DNA of 64,000 nucleotides from an uncultured Gammaproteobacteria bacterium (GCA_964550845.1 CAZKAD010000002.1:11377-75376), one strand, 5' to 3'; positions 27,067 to 36,676 are shown, counted from the stretch's first letter. Notes: generated by a model from the sequence alone, not told the origin. Numbers and translations: made by a program.

Positions 27067-27570
27067 TCAAGAGAAGAAAACTACTTTAATAACGAAACCG
27101 ATTTCAACGATTAAGGCAATAATGCTGAATGTGAGAGAAAAGCCCCAGCCGACAATATCAATTCGATTGGTAAATGAATGCTCTCGAGTCGGATTCACGT
27201 AACAAGTGATACTCAAAGAAGACTGAACAGAGGCAAGGTTACTTTGAACCTTTGTTCGGGTTTGTCCTCCGACTCTCCAAAATTCTTCAAGTGCCGGAAA
27301 CTGATTTGTGGTGGTTCCATTTGAGTCTGCACACTGATAAAACCAGTTTCCAGTCCATCGCATGGCAATTGAATCTGAGCCTTCGAATTTCACATCACTC
27401 AAAGGAGGAGAACATAAACATTGATCCCACTGTTGCAATTGGCTATCTTTGTGAACCACAAGACAGCTAATCACAAACCAGGCCACAGTTCCAAAGAAAA
27501 CCAAAATGCACATAACAAACAAAAGGACAGTTTGACTGTCACAATTGCATCCGGAAGAAGAGCGAGTCAT
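27067..27570 (-). CDS. Membrane protein (N- and C-terminal TM helices, Cys-rich ectodomain)
   Basis: Hydrophobic segments at both ends. AAAATTGA on its own strand at -86. Confidence 0.5.
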   Translation of the reverse strand: MTRSSSGCNCDSQTVLLFVMCILVFFGTVAWFVISCLVVHKDSQLQQWDQCLCSPPLSDVKFEGSDSIAMRWTGNWFYQCADSNGTTTNQFPALEEFWRVGGQTRTKVQSNLASVQSSLSITCYVNPTREHSFTNRIDIVGWGFSLTFSIIALIVEIGFVIKVVFFS

Positions 27571-27759
27571 TATTGTTTTGATTTTTTACGTTTATATATG
27601 TAAATGTTTAAATGTGTGAATGTTTGAATAACGTTAAGTTGTGCAGTGAAAAAAATCAATTTTAAAAAGGGATGTTCAAAATTGAGTTTTTTTCTAAAGT
27701 AATTACATTCTTTCATCTTTTCGTCTTTTTATCCGCCACTAAGATCGATCCTCCCGAAA

Positions 27760-28338
27760 ATGGCACTTGTTAAAAATTGCCTTATCATTTCTCTTGAATG
27801 CGATTACAATGACATGATACAACAATATCGCGTTTCCCGATATGCCGAAGGCAAGCAATTGTCCTTCGGTGAAGGAAAACAAAAGGTCTCGACAGTTCTA
27901 TATCAAGATCAAACTGGTGGTCAATTTCGAACAATTGACTTTTTTATTCAAGCGTTGAAGCAAGGAAAGGTTTTTGATGTTTACAGTCAACAAGTTTCAC
28001 TCTCAAAGTTCAAATGGAAACTCTTTTTGACTTCAAAATACCATCGAGTTGGAGATATTCCTCCATTGGAACAATTGAGCGAAGAATTCAAACGATTTGT
28101 TTGGACTGATAAAGTATTCGCAGAATATCTTTCCGCAAATGACGGTGATGAATGTAAGGATCTGTTTGCAAATTACACTGTGATGATTGATTTGTCCCAA
28201 CAAATTTGGAAAAGGAGAGATTTGCTTGATTTTCTTCAACAAAAGCCATCTGCGGAACTTGATCGAGACAGTGATCCTGAAGTCTACAAACAATTTGCCC
28301 AGTTTGAAGACAAACTATTTGGATTGTTAAAAGAATAA
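27760..28338 (+). CDS. Paralog family A protein
   Basis: SKFKWKLFLTS, PPLEQLSEEFKRF and FAQFEDKLFGLL are shared with the family. AAAATTGA at -75. Confidence 0.6.
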   Translation: MALVKNCLIISLECDYNDMIQQYRVSRYAEGKQLSFGEGKQKVSTVLYQDQTGGQFRTIDFFIQALKQGKVFDVYSQQVSLSKFKWKLFLTSKYHRVGDIPPLEQLSEEFKRFVWTDKVFAEYLSANDGDECKDLFANYTVMIDLSQQIWKRRDLLDFLQQKPSAELDRDSDPEVYKQFAQFEDKLFGLLKE

Positions 28339-28368
28339 CCGAATGAAAGAATGAAAAATAAAAAGTAA

Positions 28369-28395
28369 TCTTTCTTTTCCTCTCGAGGAAAAGAA
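28369..28395 (+). promoter_or_regulatory. Palindrome CTTTTCCTC-TC-GAGGAAAAG immediately followed by AAAATTGA, upstream of paralog 28455-29051; duplicated at 29061-29087, and a third copy at 29826-29845
   Basis: Direct reading. Confidence 0.55.
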
Positions 28396-28454
28396 AATTG
28401 ATTTTTTTCTCTTCTTTTCTGGTGAAATTTAAAAGTCTACAATTAATTATCTAT

Positions 28455-29051
28455 ATGGCGCTTCCTCAAAATCATTTGGCAATCAAAGTATCATTTGATC
28501 GACAAGATCGTGTTGCGAGTTATCAAATCTCTCATAAGGACAAAGGAGAATTTGTCCCAGTACACAAAAATAAGAATTGTGGAAGCTATCTTCGTGGATA
28601 CGAAAATAAGAACGATAACTTGACGTTCAATCTATTCACTCTTGCTGTGAGTAAAGGACTGGTGTGGACTCGAGAAGATGAATCGAAGAAGGTTGATGAA
28701 TCGACGTTCAAGTGGAATACTTTTGTCTGCTCGACATATCGCTCACTTGCGATGTTGCCTCCACTTGACGAACTGAAAGAAGCATATTCTACATTTGAAA
28801 TGTCGAATGAAGGAATGAAAAAATTTCTTCAAAAAGCCGATGACATTATGAATCAATATCACATCATAATTGATGTCGAAAAGCAACCCGAATTGACGAG
28901 AGATCTTCTCGATCTTCTCAACCAAAAAGATTACGTTTTGGCTGATGAGAACGAGATTGAAGATCAAGATGAGATGGGTGACTATACAGAGAATCTTGCC
29001 TTTTTCAACAAAGTTGAAGACCTCTTGTATCTTCTTATACAACGCGCATAA
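28455..29051 (+). CDS. Paralog family A protein
   Basis: Start moved to MALPQNHLAIKV (aligned with MEIPQEYLAIKV of the next paralog). The track start lies inside the duplicated promoter. Confidence 0.6.
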   Translation: MALPQNHLAIKVSFDRQDRVASYQISHKDKGEFVPVHKNKNCGSYLRGYENKNDNLTFNLFTLAVSKGLVWTREDESKKVDESTFKWNTFVCSTYRSLAMLPPLDELKEAYSTFEMSNEGMKKFLQKADDIMNQYHIIIDVEKQPELTRDLLDLLNQKDYVLADENEIEDQDEMGDYTENLAFFNKVEDLLYLLIQRA

Positions 29052-29147
29052 ATAATATTTCTTCTCCTCTCGAGGAAAAGAAAATTGAGTTTTTTCTCTT
29101 TATTGTTGATGAAATTAAGAATTCGTCAATTAAAAGTCTCCGGGACT

Positions 29148-29244
29148 CATTAAACGTTCTTAAAGAACTGGTTAAACGTTCTTAAAGAACTGGTTAAACG
29201 TTCTTAAAGAACTGGTTAAACGTTCTTAAAGAAACGGTTAAATG
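29148..29244 (+). repeat. Tandem array of 23-bp units GGTTAAACGTTCTTAAAGAACTG x4 ending in TTAAATG (start of 29242-29805)
   Basis: Direct reading. Hairpin GTTCT-TAA-AGAAC. Confidence 0.9.
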
Positions 29245-29805
29245 GAGATTCCCCAAGAATACTTAGCAATTAAAGTGTCTTTCAATTTAAAATCTAATAC
29301 CACCCATTATAGCATTAGTCACAAACGAGAAGGCCAATATATTCCTATTCAAAATAGTATAAAATTTGTCTTTTATTTTCGCCGTTATGGGAATAAGAGC
29401 ATTAATAATTATCTAGCTCATAGTTTGTTTATTCGCGCCTTGGATAAAGGTTTGGTATGGACGCAAACGGATAATCCAAGACGGATTGAAGCATCTGAAT
29501 TCAAGTGGAATGCCTTTCTTTGCTCAACCTATCAGTCGCTAGAAAGGTTACCTCCCCTCGGCGAATTGAAAGAGCAATATTCTTCATTTGAGATGAAGGA
29601 TGTAGACATAAAAAATTTATTTCTAAAGGATGGTACAATTATGGATCAATATTTCATCGCCATTGATGTTACTCGGAAACCTAAACTTATTGCTGCATTT
29701 CTTGAGCATATTGATCAAAAATGTTTTGTTTCGGTTGTTGAGAACGAAGATAAAGATCTTGAACTCTTCAACACTACCGAAACGTTTTTGTTTATGCTTG
29801 TATAA
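29242..29805 (+). CDS. Paralog family A protein
   Basis: ATG fused to the 4-copy repeat array (GGTTAAATGG). Collinear with 28455-29051. Confidence 0.6.
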   Translation: MEIPQEYLAIKVSFNLKSNTTHYSISHKREGQYIPIQNSIKFVFYFRRYGNKSINNYLAHSLFIRALDKGLVWTQTDNPRRIEASEFKWNAFLCSTYQSLERLPPLGELKEQYSSFEMKDVDIKNLFLKDGTIMDQYFIAIDVTRKPKLIAAFLEHIDQKCFVSVVENEDKDLELFNTTETFLFMLV

Positions 29806-29862
29806 CAAATTTAAATATTTCTTCTCCTCTCGAGGAAAAGAAATAACAACTCTATTTCATAA

Positions 29863-30309
29863 TTATGCCTTCGACAAATCAGCAAGAAGTTGTTGCTTGG
29901 CTTGATCAAACGATTCTTCCATCCAAAAATCAATATCGGATTGTGCTTCTTCATTTTTTGAATTCAAATAATGTACTTGAATAATAAAAATTGGAGTTGC
30001 ATGAGAAGGACTAGTAGCAGTGTAATCATACGATTTTCGACATTCATGGCGAAGGTACTTTGATTTGGGTATCACAAATTTATCGGCAATGTTGAGAAGA
30101 TCATATCCCTTCTTTTGTTCTCCTTTCAAAAACTTATAGAAATCAACTGCCTTTTGTTCAGAGGTAAAGGTAAAATTATACATCGTTTTATCTTTTGTTG
30201 CCTCAACTCGATATTCTTTCGATTCTTTAATCGTCAAGCTAAGATTTTCTAGTGTTCTTAAGTCGGGGAAATCGGTAAATGTAACAAAATTTGAATACTT
30301 CGATTCCAT
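29863..30309 (-). CDS. Hypothetical protein
   Basis: AAAATTGA (own strand) at -39, then palindrome, then ATG. Confidence 0.5.
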   Translation of the reverse strand: MESKYSNFVTFTDFPDLRTLENLSLTIKESKEYRVEATKDKTMYNFTFTSEQKAVDFYKFLKGEQKKGYDLLNIADKFVIPKSKYLRHECRKSYDYTATSPSHATPIFIIQVHYLNSKNEEAQSDIDFWMEESFDQAKQQLLADLSKA

Positions 30310-30356
30310 CTTGAAAAGTGTTTATAATACTTTCATTCGAAAGGAAATCAATTTTT

Positions 30357-30872
30357 TTACATCAAAATTCGATGGATTAAATCAAGTGATGTCAAAGCTT
30401 CTTCTTTCGTTTTAAAGTTGAGATCTGCCGATTGAGCTACTTTTAGATCGTCATTCCATTTAATCCTAATAAGGTATTCAATTTCTTTTTCTTTCTCTTT
30501 TTCTTCAACAACTCCAACTCCATTCGCCTCGACTTGAATCAAGTGGAGTTGGACTGAAGTTACCCATTCTTTTGGAACAAGCAGTCCGCAGAGATTAACA
30601 AAATGTTTCGTTTTTTGAGCATTATTCCAAGTTTCAATTAAGGTTGCATATAAAGCAGTAATTTCTTCAGTGGATCCAACAATTTGTTTCGCCTTTGGAT
30701 CCGATTTTAATTTAACGTAGAGATATCTTTGTATAGCATTGGGTCCAAGAGAAATATTTTCGATTTCTTCAATTCGAATGGTTGTAGATTGTTGATATTT
30801 TACCGCCGTGACCGACTGATCAAGTTGAATTGGGAGAGTAATTAAACGTCCTTCGGGACTGGTTAAAGACAT
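30357..30872 (-). CDS. Hypothetical protein (start moved to MSLTSPEGRL)
   Basis: The polyY-CGAA-polyR palindrome lies immediately upstream of this ATG. Codons 2-10 are a GTTTAACC-hairpin repeat unit (ATGTCTTTAACCAGTCCCGAAGGACGTTTAAT). Confidence 0.5.
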   Translation of the reverse strand: MSLTSPEGRLITLPIQLDQSVTAVKYQQSTTIRIEEIENISLGPNAIQRYLYVKLKSDPKAKQIVGSTEEITALYATLIETWNNAQKTKHFVNLCGLLVPKEWVTSVQLHLIQVEANGVGVVEEKEKEKEIEYLIRIKWNDDLKVAQSADLNFKTKEEALTSLDLIHRILM

Positions 30873-30934
30873 TCTTCTTTTTCTCGTTTCCCCGAAGGGA
30901 AAAGAGATCATTTTTTCTTTTTAAGTTTAAACTT

Positions 30935-31249
30935 TCACAAATTGACTGAAGGAAGATCTTTGTCATCTTCATTGCCTCCGGCTTGGTCACCCCCAGCTTC
31001 ATCTTCTTCATCACTTTCTTCCTCTTCCTCATTCAATTGTGATTGAATTGATTCAAATGATTTCTGTGCGGCTTTCAATGTGTCAAATTTGACTGAGACT
31101 GTTTGAGAGCTGCAATTTGTGTCAAGATCGACATCCACTTTGTTCTCCTTTTCATCGAGAGAAACTCTTCGAATCAAATCTCGTCGAACCAGTTGAGTAT
31201 TGGTGACCGTTACAAATGACATTTTCTTGATGATTTCATCCGAGATCAT
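30935..31249 (-). CDS. Small acidic protein
   Basis: C-terminal EEEEESDEEDE tract. Start is 8 nt after the stop of the upstream gene (GATTAAATTTAGGTATG). Confidence 0.4.
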   Translation of the reverse strand: MISDEIIKKMSFVTVTNTQLVRRDLIRRVSLDEKENKVDVDLDTNCSSQTVSVKFDTLKAAQKSFESIQSQLNEEEEESDEEDEAGGDQAGGNEDDKDLPSVNL

Positions 31250-31257
31250 ACCTAAAT

Positions 31258-33480
31258 TTAATCAATTTTTTCAACGATGTGTTGACCATAAACTTCAAAG
31301 TAAACAATTGCTTTACCAATTCCAGGAGCAGACAAAATCATTACATCATCGGCAAACTCAACCTTCCATTTCGGGTTATTCAATGGTGAGACGGTAATAA
31401 CTTTGTTTTCGACATGCAACAATAATTCACCAGTTGCGTAGTATTCCAATTTTGAATGAGGAATAAACTTATATGAAACGCATGTCGTTCCATCAATGGA
31501 AGTATTGAGGCGATATTTCAATCCGGTAACTTCGCCATCATAGACAAATTTGTAAGGATAAGAGAGCACCGTCTTTCTTTCTTTTGCACTCAACACGAGA
31601 TGTTCATTTTCAAATGTCAATACAGCAAGATCGCTGTCGAGATTCTTTGGAGCTTTACCTTCAACAAGACCAAGACCATTTTGTCCATCAGACCATCCAG
31701 TTCGAAGTTTATCTTTACCAGTCAACACATTTCCTTTTTGGAGATCAGCTTGAATCACTGGATTGTCGATACCAATACCGAGAGTATCATTGAGCACTGA
31801 AACTTTTTCTCCGAGATTTCCGATTAAAATGTTTCGATCACCTTTGACATTGAATCCGGCTTGATGACCGACGTAGCAACAATCTTCTCCATCCATTCCA
31901 ATACCAGCTCTTGGACCAAATACTGCTGAACGTATAATTCTCGAGGCAAAACTTCCGGCTGAATTTCCAAATAGAGCGGCATGTTGGAAAATTTGGTTTT
32001 CAGTTCTTCCAGCATCGTGACCAAAAATGGCCACGTCAAAAGAATCAACTCCATCGGGAATATTTGGATAAGCAGCACCAGCAAAGTTTCCCATCACAAG
32101 TATCTTTTTTGGCTCATTGCCAAAGTTTTGATTTTGACCAGCAAATAAACCAATTCCAATATCACCATCAATTTTACCACTCGCTCCAGAGAAACATCCT
32201 TCACCAAGTGCAATTCCATTTTTACCTCGCAATCTTAATTTATTTCCAATTCCAATTGTGTTATCAAGATGTTCGCAAATCTCAGGTCCTTCACCAACTA
32301 AAATATTTCCACTTCCGATCAAACCTCTACCTTGACCTTTACCAGCTAGAATATTTCGAGATCCGCTTGCACCTTGTCCAGCAAATGCTGCAATCGCAAC
32401 ATTATCATCACCAGTCATATCTTGACCAGCAGAAGATCCCATTAAATTGTTGTTCGCTCCATTCATTCCAGCTCCAGCAAGCTTACCCATCATGTTGTTG
32501 AAAACTCCACTACCTGACATACCCGCTTCAGATCCAATAATTACTTCGGAAGATTCGAAATAATATCGGAAAGCACCTGCTCGATCACCAATAATCACAT
32601 CTCCACTCCAGAAACCTGACATTTCACTGGCCGCACGAGGTCCAATCACTGTTGCACGAATTCCTGCTCCCTTATTACCTGCATAAGCTCCGGCTACAAC
32701 AGATTCTGAAACATTTGTCGCTTCTTCGAGAACGTGTGATCCGAGACCAAGATTATGAATTGCTACAATTGAAGCTTTCATCTTGGCAGCGGCGTGATTA
32801 CCCATATAAACAGACTCAAAATGATTGCCCTCCATTTTTTCACCAGCTTTGCTGCCCTGAATTAAAATATCAATAAATGTTCCTGAACATTCACGCATTA
32901 CTTCTCGACCAATCATCGAGTTTGAATTTGATAATGCATTCGATAAACCTTCCGCAGCCTTGATACCAATTCCAATGTTATAATTTCCTGCGACACGATA
33001 TAAACTTCTCTGTCCCATTGCTAAATTCAATTCGGTCACATCACAATCACCCATTGATTCTGTACCAAGTGCAATCGAGTCTCCAATTGCACTGGCAGAT
33101 TTCATTGCTCCTGCACCTGCGGCAAGGAGATTATTTGCTTCAATGATTCCACGACCTACACCTCTTCCAAAGAAGAGTAAATCTGTACCAAATGTCAATT
33201 CTTCTCCACAATCTTCTCCAAGAATCACTGAACCTGGAAGTTCGGGTTTAAGTTTTGATCCAATTACAATACCTCGTTGCTTGTCGACTTGAATATTCTT
33301 CGGAAGCGTCTGAAGAATTCCATTCCCGAAACAAAACTCTCCATTCTCATAAAAAAGAAATCCTCCAGTGCCTTTATTCTTTGAATCTTCAAGATAGAGA
33401 CCGATTTTATCGGCCCATTTTAAGTCTAGTCTTGACTGGTTCTCACAAAGTGCAATTGAACCTTGTATCCTCGTATACAT
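31258..33480 (-). CDS. Large Gly/Ala/Asn-rich beta-helix/fibre-like repeat protein
   Basis: Dozens of degenerate G-x-x-A/S-G-x-x-N/G units (for example NILAGKGQGRGLIGSGNILVGEG), reminiscent of tail-fibre/haemagglutinin-type repeats. Start moved to the first ATG (MYTRIQGS); the track start is TTG. Confidence 0.6.
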   Translation of the reverse strand: MYTRIQGSIALCENQSRLDLKWADKIGLYLEDSKNKGTGGFLFYENGEFCFGNGILQTLPKNIQVDKQRGIVIGSKLKPELPGSVILGEDCGEELTFGTDLLFFGRGVGRGIIEANNLLAAGAGAMKSASAIGDSIALGTESMGDCDVTELNLAMGQRSLYRVAGNYNIGIGIKAAEGLSNALSNSNSMIGREVMRECSGTFIDILIQGSKAGEKMEGNHFESVYMGNHAAAKMKASIVAIHNLGLGSHVLEEATNVSESVVAGAYAGNKGAGIRATVIGPRAASEMSGFWSGDVIIGDRAGAFRYYFESSEVIIGSEAGMSGSGVFNNMMGKLAGAGMNGANNNLMGSSAGQDMTGDDNVAIAAFAGQGASGSRNILAGKGQGRGLIGSGNILVGEGPEICEHLDNTIGIGNKLRLRGKNGIALGEGCFSGASGKIDGDIGIGLFAGQNQNFGNEPKKILVMGNFAGAAYPNIPDGVDSFDVAIFGHDAGRTENQIFQHAALFGNSAGSFASRIIRSAVFGPRAGIGMDGEDCCYVGHQAGFNVKGDRNILIGNLGEKVSVLNDTLGIGIDNPVIQADLQKGNVLTGKDKLRTGWSDGQNGLGLVEGKAPKNLDSDLAVLTFENEHLVLSAKERKTVLSYPYKFVYDGEVTGLKYRLNTSIDGTTCVSYKFIPHSKLEYYATGELLLHVENKVITVSPLNNPKWKVEFADDVMILSAPGIGKAIVYFEVYGQHIVEKID

Positions 33481-33562
33481 TCTTTTCTGGTTGAAGGAAA
33501 AAAGATTTTTTCCGAATTGGAATGAAAACTTTTGAGATCCACGGGATCTCAAAATTGATTGA

Positions 33563-34303
33563 TTATATTCGTTGAGGTTGCCCCTGTATTCCAGAAAAAT
33601 GAAGCTGCTTAAATTTACATCTTGGAAAAATCGATAAATTAGCCGGTTTATTTATCGCTTCAATCAACCGGAGTCGGGGAGAATTAACAGTCCATCCCTC
33701 TTCAATCGCTCCTCCCACTGAAAGATGTGTTAAATTGGGTAAGCGAAAACATTTGTAGTTTAACAGAGAAATAAAAGATGTATTTTCCCAAATCGAAAGT
33801 TGTTCAAGTTTTTGACATTCTTCAAGACCTATCAGATTGACATAATTAACTCCTCCTCGTATTTGAACAGAAATTAGCTCGGGAAACAAATTCCATTTCC
33901 CATCTATCTGAGAATTGCTCAAAGATAGATGTTGAATATTACAATGAAAATGGAATGATAAATATGGTTCAAATGACAAAGTAAACAACGATGATTCGAA
34001 AAGATTAACTCGAGAAGGCAATTTAGAAATATATTGAAGGATATTTCCACAATGATGGATATTTGCTTCTTTAAGCCAACGCTGTTGATTTAAGATTTTA
34101 AAATCCTGCTCACGTTTGACCACAATCTTCGACAACCAAATAATCTCCTTTTGAAGCGCAGCGAACCGGCGACAAGAAGTAAGAAAAGAAAATAAATCTC
34201 TTGACGAAAGAAAAGTAAGAAGATATACGAGCAAATCGTCAGGAAAATTAAGTAAACTTCGAATCTGCCCGGATCGCACATTGGTTGTCTGAATAAATTC
34301 CAT
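33563..34303 (-). CDS. F-box protein with leucine-rich C-terminal region
   Basis: F-box FPDDLLVYLLTFLSSRDLFSFLTSCRRFAAL. AAAATTGA at -29, and a 10-bp-stem palindrome abuts the ATG. Confidence 0.5.
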   Translation of the reverse strand: MEFIQTTNVRSGQIRSLLNFPDDLLVYLLTFLSSRDLFSFLTSCRRFAALQKEIIWLSKIVVKREQDFKILNQQRWLKEANIHHCGNILQYISKLPSRVNLFESSLFTLSFEPYLSFHFHCNIQHLSLSNSQIDGKWNLFPELISVQIRGGVNYVNLIGLEECQKLEQLSIWENTSFISLLNYKCFRLPNLTHLSVGGAIEEGWTVNSPRLRLIEAINKPANLSIFPRCKFKQLHFSGIQGQPQRI

Positions 34304-34305
34304 CT

Positions 34306-34339
34306 TCTTTCTCCGATTGAGAAAGAAGAGATCAATTTT
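34306..34339 (-). promoter_or_regulatory. AAAATTGA at -29 plus 10-bp-stem palindrome CTTCTTTCTC-AATCG-GAGAAAGAAG abutting the ATG of the F-box gene
   Basis: Direct reading of the minus strand. Confidence 0.55.
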
Positions 34340-34340
34340 T

Positions 34341-34467
34341 ATTTAAACGTCTTTCGGACTGGTTAAACGTCTTTCGGACTGGTTAAACGTCTTTCGGACT
34401 TTCTGAATTGGTTAAACGTCTTTCGGACTTTCTGAATTGGTTAAACGTCTTTTAGTCCAATTAAATG
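34341..34467 (+). repeat. Array of six TTAAACGTCTTTCGGACT units (3 x 22 bp, then 2 x 31 bp carrying a TTTCTGAATTGG insertion, then 1 variant) ending in TTAAATG (start of 34465-35193)
   Basis: Direct reading. Confidence 0.9.
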
Positions 34468-35193
34468 GCTCAGTCATCTTCGCCGTTCGAGGGAATTATT
34501 AAACTTCCTTCTGATATGGGCAATTGGATATCGTCTCTTGATAATTCAGAAACAAAGGAGTTGCTTGCTTATTTCGAAGATCATCTTAAAGAAGATCAGA
34601 CAATTTTTCATCTTCGAGATCTTCTTAAGAAATATGGAATTGATTCGAAAGAATGTGAACACGTTCAATTGTCTGGAAAAAGAAGATGGGACCTGTTGCT
34701 CTCCTTTTTCAAACCACGAGGGATTCAGGTCAATAAAGATGGCTTCTCATTTACCTGGGATTACAAAGAGTTTCAAAAAGAATCTTTGTATACATCATTA
34801 AATGAATTTCGTAAAAGTTGGATTCGAAGAGTCTTACAAATCTTTCATGGAAAATGGATTTCTCCAACTGTTTGCACTCTTTCCTTCCATCAGCAAAAGT
34901 CAACTAAAATTCTTTTAATCGGGACAAATCCTATTCTTCGAGATGTACTTCATCAATTTAGTTACTCCTTTCATGAAGTTTCAAATGGTCCACTTGCACT
35001 CGAAAAGATAAAAAGAGACGTATACACGCATATTTTTATCCAGCATCCTTTGCCTGTTTTATCTGGGAAAGAACTGGAAAAGAAAATTCAAGAGATTTGT
35101 CCAGCTAAGATTATCTTTATTGGGCAAACACAAGAATTTCCAAATATGATCACGAAGACGCATCCGGATCAAATACTTAAAGTTCTTCAATAA
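34465..35193 (+). CDS. Hypothetical protein
   Basis: ATG fused to the 6-unit TTAAACG-hairpin array (AATTAAATGG). Confidence 0.5.
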   Translation: MAQSSSPFEGIIKLPSDMGNWISSLDNSETKELLAYFEDHLKEDQTIFHLRDLLKKYGIDSKECEHVQLSGKRRWDLLLSFFKPRGIQVNKDGFSFTWDYKEFQKESLYTSLNEFRKSWIRRVLQIFHGKWISPTVCTLSFHQQKSTKILLIGTNPILRDVLHQFSYSFHEVSNGPLALEKIKRDVYTHIFIQHPLPVLSGKELEKKIQEICPAKIIFIGQTQEFPNMITKTHPDQILKVLQ

Positions 35194-35734
35194 TTTCATC
35201 TGGAAACTCGTCTTCATATTCGGAATAATGTTCATTTTCTTCTTGAGTCGAATCAAAATGAATTACTTCTGAATCATCATGTTCAGTTGATTCAAACAAA
35301 GCAGCAAGAACGATATTCATCACTTCTTGCACTTCTCTCACTCGATCTTCTTCAATAAACTCGAAAGAGAGTCGTTCTTGTTCTCGTTTGATCTCTTCCT
35401 GATGAAATTTCTCTGCGAGTTTCATTCTTGCTTCGTAGATTGGAGAAATTTTAATACTCACGCGACAATATGGACATTCTCGCTTTCCTGAATGAATAAT
35501 GCATTCTGGGCAAACCCAGTGTTGACATGGTTGTAAAGGTTGCCAATATTTATACATTGTCGAAAGACAAATAGGACATTCACGTGGACGATCGAATTTA
35601 TGACTTCGATGTTGGTAACATTCATAGCTACCGAACTTAACTCTGTGACGACAATAACGATTTTTATTTATTAGATAATGGGAACATTCCCTATTATCTT
35701 TTTGAGGAATATCTCGTGCCTCAATAGCTGTCAT
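35177..35734 (-). CDS. RING-finger protein (plus N-terminal Cys/His cluster)
   Basis: CPICLSTMYKYWQPLQPCQHWVCPECIIHSGKRECPYCR. Start TTAAAAAATGAC. Confidence 0.65.
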   Translation of the reverse strand: MTAIEARDIPQKDNRECSHYLINKNRYCRHRVKFGSYECYQHRSHKFDRPRECPICLSTMYKYWQPLQPCQHWVCPECIIHSGKRECPYCRVSIKISPIYEARMKLAEKFHQEEIKREQERLSFEFIEEDRVREVQEVMNIVLAALFESTEHDDSEVIHFDSTQEENEHYSEYEDEFPDEIIEEL

Positions 35735-35885
35735 TTTTTAACAGGTAGTCAAAAGTCTAATCTTTTGGAGAACGTTGAACTAATCCTATTTAGATTAGTT
35801 TTGACGATGCAAAAAAGCTGAAATTTAATTTTTTGAAAAGAAGATAAATTAAATTTTCCTCTAAAAAGACTCTTTGAAAACGGAG

Positions 35886-36374
35886 ATGGAAGACGATGAA
35901 TATAACGAAGATTATCTACAACCGAAATATGGAGTTGAATTCCGAGATCTTGAGCGACTCGGACCAGCTCAAAAAGGTCAGGCCGAAGTCATCATCGACT
36001 CGATACATTCCGGAGAGAAACTTGCCAATATTTATCGGAAAGCTGCTCAGCAAGGATTTTCGATGGAAGATACAGTTAAAACATTGGTTGGACTTTATTA
36101 TAATACTTTTGGTGGAGACAAAGGATTTTTGATTCCGTTCTCATCTATTTCAGAAGGTCTCCAGAAAATAGATCGAATTCAATTCAAGAATCCGATTGCT
36201 CTCACAATTGGTGTAAAGATCCTTGATTCATCTTTGACTCTTCAAGCTTCAAGAATTGACGCACTCTGGTTGACTCAACGAGCCCTACTTCAAGACGAAA
36301 ATATCCAGAAGGCCGATGTAATTCGATATGCGAAATTGTGGCAAAAGATTTTAATTCGAAATGAAAATAAATGA
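35886..36374 (+). CDS. Hypothetical protein
   Basis: First ATG (MEDDEY). The track start is TTG. Confidence 0.45.
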   Translation: MEDDEYNEDYLQPKYGVEFRDLERLGPAQKGQAEVIIDSIHSGEKLANIYRKAAQQGFSMEDTVKTLVGLYYNTFGGDKGFLIPFSSISEGLQKIDRIQFKNPIALTIGVKILDSSLTLQASRIDALWLTQRALLQDENIQKADVIRYAKLWQKILIRNENK

Positions 36375-36397
36375 TTTTTTTCATTTTGAATTAAAAC

Positions 36398-36604
36398 ATG
36401 TCTCCGTTGGTTATTGCAATCGTCATCTTGGCAATTTTGTTGCTGCTTTTTCTGGCCCAAAGGGCTGGTTATATTAATTTTGCCCCCGTGGCCGTAGTTC
36501 CTCCGGTGGTTGCGCCAGTGAATCCTTCACCTGCAGGTCCTGTAGCCCCGCAAAAGGCTTCGGCTGAACTTCGCGTTCCGAAACCATTTGCTTTCCTCTA
36601 TTAA
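36398..36604 (+). CDS. Small Pro/Val-rich membrane protein
   Basis: N-terminal TM VIAIVILAILLLLFLA followed by a PVAVVPPVVAPVNPSPAGPVAP tract. Confidence 0.35.
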   Translation: MSPLVIAIVILAILLLLFLAQRAGYINFAPVAVVPPVVAPVNPSPAGPVAPQKASAELRVPKPFAFLY

Positions 36605-36676
36605 TTTTAAAGATAAAATGATTTGAAAGAGATTACTCTTTCAAAAAGAGATCTCTCTTTCGAAAAAAAGAAGAGA

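Noticed and set aside
29863-29905. Small plus-strand ORF (about 48 aa) after the third family-A paralog, beginning at ATGCCTTCGAC
   Set aside because: It overlaps the 3' end of minus gene 29863-30309 and has no family-A similarity. It is probably a remnant and is not called.
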